Assembly: GCA_946965045.2 (NCBI GenBank)
Contig: OX337230.1
Location: forward strand, 2,108,001-2,172,000
Length of the DNA: 64,000 nt
From: Epithemia pelagica
Taxonomy: Eukaryota; Protista; Bacillariophyta
Direction: 5' to 3'
Made by a program: the position numbers and the translations under genes. Shown in pieces: positions 56,875 through 64,000 of the stretch (the first letter of the stretch is position 1; each line of letters starts with the position of its first letter). The notes beneath the pieces are model-generated. The model worked only from the letters and a program-made list of their open reading frames with translations, did no database searches and was not told where the DNA came from.

Positions 56875-57905
56875 CGTGGATCGAGCTGCAATTCTCTGTT
56901 TCGAATTTGGGGATTTGTTGTATTCGCAAAACCAAACAACTAGTGACTACTCCACCTTTGTTGAATCAGACTTTCTCACTCTTGCTTGAAAACAGATCAG
57001 CTGCGAGAATGACGATTACTCGTAGTTATTCTGTCGTGCAATTGAACGGGCGGAAAATTTGGTGAGAGATCAAACAGAAACCAGACTCTCCAAACGATAC
57101 ACGAGACACGACGGAACACCTTTTCTTGATTTTGTGGAGGAGCTCCCACAGACGGACCCACAAAGACACCGGCCTCCTCGCTATTTGATATTTGAATCAT
57201 ATACCCGACTAAATTTTATCCGTTGGGACAATCCATTTTACACTAGCATAGGGAGAGCAAATTAAGTTTACTTCAATATTTTCAATTGCTACATATTTCG
57301 AAAAGGACAAAAGATTTCCGTTGAATTGTCCACGAGACAAACAACAGACAACACCCGAACACGACCAACAAGATACCCAGATGGATTGCTACCTAGGCTA
57401 TCTACTACTCCTATGACTTCACCTCTATAGCTACCTTTACTAGCTAGTGGTTTCCTAGCTAGAGAGTCTCTACATTGTGAAAGTCAGATGGTACTCAGGC
57501 TTAATCCTCACGATTTTGCCTACGTGGCATGACGGAGCACCCCAAAACATGAATGTCGTGAAATCATTTTACAGCGGAAAAAATGATATCGAATTCTTAT
57601 CATTTCTAGCTACATCATCTGTCTGTTGCATAATCATAGAATCAACACACCATACTAGATCAAAGTAGGTTGAATGCTTCAATGGGGATTCGCAGACACT
57701 TGATAAAATCTCTATAATCATTCTGTGTGTGTGTTGACATGAAAGCCTCCCAATCTGTTCAAAGTAAGAAGTCATTGAAGAATCCTGGCCTTGGAATCCT
57801 GGCTTGTTGTTCTTGTTGTTGCTTCAAAGTTGCATAAGGATTGTACAGACCACTCCTATTTGTTGTTGTTGTTGTTGCATAACTGCTTCCTCCTCTTCCT
57901 CCTCC

Positions 57906-57989
57906 TCATTTTTGTGTTCCATTGACATCATTCTTGAGAGTTTTGATTCATTTTTGTGTTCCATTGACATCATGCTTGAGAGTTTTGAT
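57906..57989. repeat. 42-bp tandem duplication (2 copies, 1 mismatch)
   Basis: TCATTTTTGTGTTCCATTGACATCAT[T/G]CTTGAGAGTTTTGAT at 57906-57947 and 57948-57989. Confidence 0.9.
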
Positions 57990-59700
57990 TGATCAGACCC
58001 TAGATTTTTACACCTTAGAGCAGTAATGATGTGGAAAAGCTGCTTTAATGTGAGAATGTTGAGGTCCTGGCTCTTGTATACAGCCATGGATCTGGTGTGA
58101 TAGGTCCTCAATGGTGGGAGTAGACCCACATTGTTGTATATTAAATGTATAGGGTGATGGACAATATATATGGGATGCAACAGCTCTTGTTTCATTGTGG
58201 TATAAGTCTTGTACTGGGCACATTGTCGTTGCTGCTGTTTGCATTCTTGGATTTGTGGGAATAGAGATATGGTCTCTGATCATGATTCATACTTCAAATG
58301 CATAGACCGTTGGGTCAAGTCATGGAGGTGCACACTTGGCTGGTAGAGGTGTGCACTTGACAATATTTGGCCTGCACGTATTGGGTCATAGTTGATATCC
58401 AAGTGGTCGCCAATAATGCGTGCATTGCAAGCATGCCTTGGCTGATTTTATGGGTTTACGAGCATCCCGTCATTCCTTTCTCACTTTTACAAATAGAACA
58501 ATAATGACAAGGGCTACAAAAATCCAAGGCGCAGAGGTTCTTTACAGCCACCACCATTCCCACCATTGCCATGACAGGAGCTGCCACAAAGCCCACTGTG
58601 ATTGGTGCGAGAAATGCTTGGACAGTGAACTGCTATTTGAAGACAAATCAACTGCAGTTGTGAACAAGAATGCAGGTGTCCGACAGATGAAGGAAATGCA
58701 GGAAGGACCGGTGCTGCTTCATTTTGCAAACTGTGAGGGATTGAATTTTGACCTTGATCACCATGTAGTAGTACTGGAGAGAACTACATTCCATGCACAC
58801 CAAGTGTGCGCCAGAAGATCCAAGGTTTCCATGAAGTACTGTTTTCCGTCCAAGTTGCCACACTGAAGACATGCTGGGAATAGTTCAAATGCTGCGGTGA
58901 CGAAATTGAGGTAGGCCTGGTCAGCATCAAAGATGTGAGAGGCTTCATTGAGGCGAGACCAACTTCAAGGTGCCGTAACTCGGGTTTGCAACGGCCCGAC
59001 TTCATAGAGTTTTTGCCAGGCAGTTCCATGGGCAGAGATAAATCTGTTGGAGTGGTTGCTTGCTCGATACCCCATGGTGGTATGTGGTATTGTTGGTGGA
59101 AGCAGCGGGACTTTTTGAATTGGCGGTCATCGTCTATGGACAAGTTCCTATGTAGAGATCTATGTGGTGCAAATATATGCAATTCCAAATCGCACGGGCC
59201 TAAAATGTGCGTCCTGTTATTTGAATTCCAAGGGTAACGGGTAAAGTATTGGTATTAGAACATTTTATTTTACTGCTAGAAAGCATTGCCATTGTCCACT
59301 CCAGTTCCGAGGCAGGGAACTGAAAATTCAGGTTGTATAGCAAATAATAGTCAAAACCTTTTCTTCTCACTTGCAAGCCATAATATGTTGTGATTCTCCT
59401 ATTTGTGTGGTTTTGAGGGTTGAGGGAGGTCTAGGTAGGCGAGCTTTCAGCGCTTACACATTGTAAATTGTAAAACACATACAACTAGCTAAGTAGCCGT
59501 AGCTTTGTCATTGTCATTTGTCTGTGTGTTCCAATGTCTAATAGCAATGCACATAGCACATAACTCTAGATACCTAATCATGATCGGGAATCGCCTTCCC
59601 GAGACGTAGAAGGGCCATAGATAGTACTTACACAGGTCACGGTCACGGATGGTTGGTCGAGTCAATTTCCAGAATCGGTAGTATCTCCGCTGTCAGAATG

Positions 59701-59807
59701 TGGCTCACGCCACCTACGTAGCTAGTCGTGCGTCGTCCTCCTCTGGGGTTGGGGTGATGGGCGAAACCACTTTACTAGGTTACGGCCTCGGCCCCAGCCC
59801 CTGAGCG
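59701..59807 (-). repeat. Split direct repeat B2 of YR retrotransposon 2
   Basis: Identical to 59952-60058. Confidence 0.95.
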
Positions 59808-59951
59808 GGAGGCTGGTGTGGCGGGAGGGAGGCCTACAAAAGCACTACGCTACGGACGCGATCGTCGGCTGGCAGAACTTATGGCTTTTCAAGTGGTAAG
59901 TGGGTAAGTGGTAAGTCTGTCCGTCCTTCTCCTTCTCCGGCACTACTGCAA

Positions 59952-60058
59952 TGGCTCACGCCACCTACGTAGCTAGTCGTGCGTCGTCCTCCTCTGGGGT
60001 TGGGGTGATGGGCGAAACCACTTTACTAGGTTACGGCCTCGGCCCCAGCCCCTGAGCG
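59952..60058 (-). repeat. Split direct repeat B1 of YR retrotransposon 2
   Basis: Identical to 59701-59807; lies 37 bp downstream of the YR stop codon. Confidence 0.95.
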
Positions 60059-60095
60059 CCATAGGAGGGCCACCGACATAAGGAACGGAGCGGAG

Positions 60096-61271
60096 CTACG
60101 GGGAGGGTGGGTGAAGAAGTGGCTGGGCGGCAGGAGGGAAGTCGGAGTCGGGCATGAGGGTGTAGTGACCATGGTGAAGCATAGTGCGGGACAAGTCGGC
60201 AATCAGAGGCAGAGCTTGGGCGTGCAGGTAGCGAAACATGGCATCCGATTTCCAGCGGCCGACCAGGCGAATTGTGTCGCGGTCGATGCGGCCGCAGAGG
60301 AGGGCCATTGCACCACCGGCACGCAAACTGCGAGCATTGACATCGGCCGGGGAGAAACCAAGGGGTGGCAAGGAGCAAATGGCATCTCGCAGTGCAGTGG
60401 TGATATGTTTGGAGGTAAGTTCGGTGAGGCGTGGACGAGGCCCCGGAGACCAGGAAGCAAGGGGCGTGGTCGGGGAAGCCCCATGCGAACGAAGGTATGT
60501 GACCCGGCGAGCCAGTGCGTGGACAGGACAGGCCGCCGAGTGGCCGCTGCAACCATGGGCAATGACCTCTCCACGGACACGGTTCTTCTGCTGCTGGAAG
60601 GTGATGGACACGTGTGTGGCCCGGTGAAGGTCGCGGAGTGGGCAGTGCCGGTGGTCAAGTCGGACGAGTCCAATGGTGAAGGTGAGGTCCTGTAAGGTGA
60701 TGGGTGTGGACTCAACGGACTTGCAATATTCGCCAGGGCGAAGAAGAAAGAAGAAGGCAATCCATGCCATGTCGGCCACGGCAAGGTTGAAGGGAAGTTG
60801 TGTGCGCACTGCTGTCATGTAGGCACAGTGCAGAACTTGTATGGGCATAGGTTTGACCCGGTTGGGAGGCGGGTCGGCATTTGCAAAAGCGCGATACAAG
60901 GTGGTCAGCCGAGGGTCCATGGAGCCATGAGACGTGAGGCGGGGATCCGGGAGGCCCACGTTGGTGAACGCCTTTGCAACGGCCAGTATTTTGTCACGTA
61001 CGCGTTCAGCGCGGACTGGGTCACCACTGCGACTGGCTCGGCCGTCTCGGATACGATAGGCGAGCACTCGGAGTATCGGAACTTTGTCATCGATGTCGCT
61101 GAGGAAGGGGTCCGTGAGGCCAAGTGATTGGGTGTAAGGAACCCAATGGTGGGTCCAGAACCGGTCGGTCGACTGGGCACGACTTGCAGTGACGGAACGT
61201 CGGGCCTGTGCCGCAGCAGCGATGAAGTCAGCTGTGAACGCACGTCGGGCGGCAGGTGTAGCATGGTCCAA
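60096..61271 (-). CDS. Tyrosine recombinase of retrotransposon 2 (open frame, overlaps RNase H)
   Basis: AFFFLLRPGEY, QKNR, ARSLRAGGAMALL and GRWKSDAMFRYL. Clearly homologous to the YR at 21197-22367. Confidence 0.92.
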   Translation of the reverse strand: MDHATPAARRAFTADFIAAAAQARRSVTASRAQSTDRFWTHHWVPYTQSLGLTDPFLSDIDDKVPILRVLAYRIRDGRASRSGDPVRAERVRDKILAVAKAFTNVGLPDPRLTSHGSMDPRLTTLYRAFANADPPPNRVKPMPIQVLHCAYMTAVRTQLPFNLAVADMAWIAFFFLLRPGEYCKSVESTPITLQDLTFTIGLVRLDHRHCPLRDLHRATHVSITFQQQKNRVRGEVIAHGCSGHSAACPVHALARRVTYLRSHGASPTTPLASWSPGPRPRLTELTSKHITTALRDAICSLPPLGFSPADVNARSLRAGGAMALLCGRIDRDTIRLVGRWKSDAMFRYLHAQALPLIADLSRTMLHHGHYTLMPDSDFPPAAQPLLHPPSP

Positions 61272-62947
61272 GGCTGTGAGTGTGGGGCAAGAGCATTAAG
61301 CGAAGACAACAAGGCAGAGTCCGTGAGATCAAAGCGGCGGGATGCCATGTCAGCCAAAACATTTGCTTGGCCCGGAATGTATGAGTGTTGGGTGATGTAT
61401 CGGTGTCGCCGCTGGTGGAGAGCCGCCAGCCGAAGTAGATAAGCGGCCGGCCCCTGTGTGGTGACAGCACCCTTTCCTTGCCATGCCACGGCGGGGGTGT
61501 TGTCCGAGCAGATAGCCAAGGTTTGTTCCCGGAGATCAAAATGTGGGGCCAACACAGCAGTATGCCCCAAGGTCCCAGCAAGCTCGAGGTCCGAATTGGT
61601 GATGGTGCCATGTGGGTTCGAGAAGGAGACGAGCTGCGCCTGGACTGCTGGGGGGAAAGGTTCACGCCAGACCAAAGGTGGGTGGAGGCTTTGGGGTCCT
61701 GGAAGCCAGACTCCTCCCATGCCGGGGAGTGCTGCATCACATGCACCCACAAAGGTGGGTTTGGTTGGGAACAATTCTGCAATACGTGTGGGCCGTGCAG
61801 CCAAGTCATCGGCCAACAGTTGGAAGTCACGAAGTGCATCTTTGGCCCCTTGGTGCAATCGGACCCGGTGTTTGTCACTACGTGTCAAGGCCAACTGAAG
61901 CTGGGAGAACAGTCCTTGTCCTCCTGGGATACCCAAGACCATGCTGCGAAGTTCTCCTAGCAACCGATGGGCGGCCTTTATTGAGAGCCGATTGCGGTTA
62001 CGGGCTTCCTGCAGGATGGTGTGTAGGCGTTCCTGCCTGTGTGGAGGCAATTCAATGGTACCGGCAATGGTGTCAATCGTCCATCCCAATACTTGCTTGC
62101 GGGTTGCCCAACATGCATCTCCTTTGAGTAGTTTCTTGGTGGAGATGGGCTCCTTCCGACTGGCAGGGTCGGAAGGATCATTTGGCCGGAACACTGCATC
62201 ATTTAGGTGGAGGACTTGTCGGCGGAAGCGGTTAATGCGTGCTGGAGTGCCTTGGGCAAGGAGCACCTCATCATCAACAAAGACATCAGCATAGGCAAGT
62301 GGTGTCAATCGGTGCTGGACGCGACGTGGCTGTTGTGGTAGCCTTGTGGTAGTGGAGGTGTCCTGCCGTGCCACATGCTGCCTTGGTGCGGCGATGGTGA
62401 TGCCCTGGGGGTTCGCGTCAGGAACATAAGTGGCGGCCATGGACTCCAACGGATGTGGTCGGGGATCCCAGTTGCTGCCAGCATACATGTTGGCAAGGTC
62501 GGCAATAGTTTCTGTTGCACTGCAGAAATAAGGGGGACTCTCGGTCCAGCCCATTGGGAGTGTAATCGGAAATGCCACCAGTGGTTGCTCTCCCGGTTGA
62601 GTGGGAAAGGCAACGCCCAGAGTGAGGACATCTTCGGGCTTCAGACGGATTCTCTAAAATCCATCTGAAAGATCAATCTTGAGCATGTACACCGGGCCAT
62701 GTTTTGGGTTGGCCACAAGGATGCGGTAGAGCAGTCGGTGTAAGGCCTTGCCAAATTGCATGGCCTCAGCAGGTGCTGTTTTGTGCGTTTTGCTGTTTAG
62801 TCCGGAGAAACTGTAATCCACTATGGTGCGGGGCCGCCGTTCCCTCTGTGGAACGACCCCCAATGGTGAGATGCGTAGCCTTTGGTAATGTCGGACAACT
62901 TGGTAGGGCAGGACAATCCAAAATTTTTTGTTCACCATGTCCACCAT
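60905..62947 (-). pseudogene. RT + RNase H of retrotransposon 2; premature TAG 62654-62656; 5' part displaced by the Copia insertion
   Basis: RISPLGVVPQRERRPRTIVDY, MLKIDLSDGF*RI, LPMGWTESP, FVDD, ACDAA, SDLELAG, CSDN and LADMASR. Confidence 0.92.
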
Positions 62948-62948
62948 T

Positions 62949-63731
62949 TGTTACAATTCTTTCTGAATCGTAGGGACATTGATGCTCGGTAGAGCAGACA
63001 ATCAGGTAGGTCACCAACCGATACAAGCTTCTCAGGGTCAGAGAAGCAAGCAAGTCGAAGTCTATCAGAAGGATAGTCGGGACACAAAAGAAGATGTGAT
63101 AAATGGTGATATTGTTAGATTGTGTGTTGATTACTACGATAGGTCTACGTGAAATGTTCGGTCCTGCCAAGGGTCATGTGTCATAGGTTCTTGGCGGCAA
63201 CAGGTTTGGAATAGTTGGAGTTGATTCATATGATGTATATGACATGTATATGTGGGCGGATAACATATACAGGGTCAACAGCTCTTGCTTTGGGTTGGCA
63301 TAGTTGTTTTCATGGCGCGCAGCTTGTTGACAATTTGGAGATTGTGGGAATGGAAATATGGTCTCGCGTGATCGTGTGTCGTGCTTGGGATACTTAGACC
63401 GTTGGGTCGGATAGATGCCGATAGCGCTCGGATGTCGCTTGGGCGCGCTCGATGATTTCGGGCGCGTACGCTTAGGGCGTTAGTATAATGTCCGAGCAAC
63501 GGCCAAATTTACGTCCGTTGTAATACCGCACGACCCAGTTTAGTCTTGAGAGTGAGTTCGTCAATCTATTCTCACTTTTCATGATTTGCGAAGAAATATA
63601 GGTCGATATAGCGCGAAGCTAGGAAACATAGCTCGAAGCTAGAGGGCATGATGCGATAGCACGAGGCTATGTGACATGGGGAATCGATGAGATGTAGAAT
63701 CTAACCACCATAGACGGTGAGAATTCTAACA
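62949..63731 (-). repeat. 3' LTR (783 bp) of a Ty1/Copia (CoDi-like) retrotransposon
   Basis: On the minus strand it begins TGTTAGAATTCT directly after a GGGGAG polypurine tract and ends AGAATTGTAACA (11/12 terminal inverted match, TG...CA). It abuts the interrupted RT frame. Confidence 0.85.
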
Positions 63732-64000
63732 CTCCCCACAACTCGTCGTTTCAGCCTTGTCATCATTGGATTTGTTGAGATCTTGAACTTCTCCTTTCCA
63801 AAACAACAATGGCTTGAGCATGGGCCAAATAGATACGAAATCCCAATGTTTGCTAAGGATATCGGCAGGGTTGGTCTTTCCATCTTTCCAGTAGAATGCA
63901 ACATACTTTGCTGCGATGGCTTCACGAACTCGGTGGTATGACAGAAGATGGTGTCTCTTGGATAGTATGGAATGAGGAACGGTTGCATTGAGCACAACGG
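63726..64000 (-). mobile_element. C-terminal RNase H of a Copia (CoDi-like) pol, continuing beyond the window; PPT at 63732-63737
   Basis: HSILSKRHHLLSYHRVREAIAA...KTNPADILSKHW is the Ty1/Copia RNase H end. The stop codon lies inside the LTR start (GAG TGT TAG). Confidence 0.9.

Larger units (their letters stand above)
59701..62948 (-). mobile_element. Second Ngaro-type YR retrotransposon (3' part), interrupted in RT by a Copia LTR element
   Basis: On the minus strand: RT/RNase H, YR, B1 (59952-60058), A2 (59808-59951), B2 (59701-59807). The two B copies are identical over 107 bp. Confidence 0.9.

Noticed and set aside
57392-57404. CTAGGCTATCT as the left end of another MITE-2-like element
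   Set aside because: Only 8 bp match the TIR and no partner AGATAGCC end was found downstream.
15756-62656. Stop-codon reassignment (alternative genetic code) to explain the many in-frame stops
   Set aside because: The stops are of all three types and confined to transposons and a few pseudogenes. Long conserved genes (NHE, EDR2-like, LRR, RFC4) have none, and normal genes terminate in TAA, TAG and TGA.
1-64000. tRNA or rRNA genes at GGTTCGA-like words (e.g. near 10545, 11957, 29651, 36182)
   Set aside because: These fall within protein-coding frames, and no cloverleaf or rRNA-like context could be built.

Overview
Eukaryotic nuclear DNA, most likely a diatom. This is inferred from short 76-127 nt spliceosomal introns, a bipartite plastid-targeting N-terminus, TM+LRR receptor-like genes and a CoDi-type Copia end. 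Ordinary genes: AKR-fold protein, two TM-LRR proteins, GT92-like glycosyltransferase, RFC4/RFC2, Na+/H+ exchanger, SDHAF2, PH-START-EDR2 protein, two intact ZIFL-type MFS transporters and several hypotheticals. These are interleaved with two transposon nests and a block of disabled or effector-like genes. Nest 1 (13.5-24.4 kb) holds a complete two-gene PIF/Harbinger-like element (52-bp TIRs, CGG target duplication). It also holds a full-length tyrosine-recombinase retrotransposon with Ngaro-type split direct repeats (A1-gag-RT/RNaseH-YR-B1-A2-B2). Its gag and pol share one frame across a single TAG, and its B2 repeat is split by two stacked MITEs. A second copy of one MITE lies inverted 6.4 kb away, bracketing three host genes. 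Nest 2 (59.7-64 kb) is a second, divergent Ngaro-like element interrupted in its RT by the 3' LTR of a Copia element. Between 39 and 54 kb lie a lipase-like + P-loop GTPase fusion pseudogene, an internally deleted MFS duplicate, a Crinkler-like NTPase + nuclease ORF and an ABC-F pseudogene. No tRNA, rRNA or CRISPR array was recognised. All calls come from reading motifs by eye; no database search was run.
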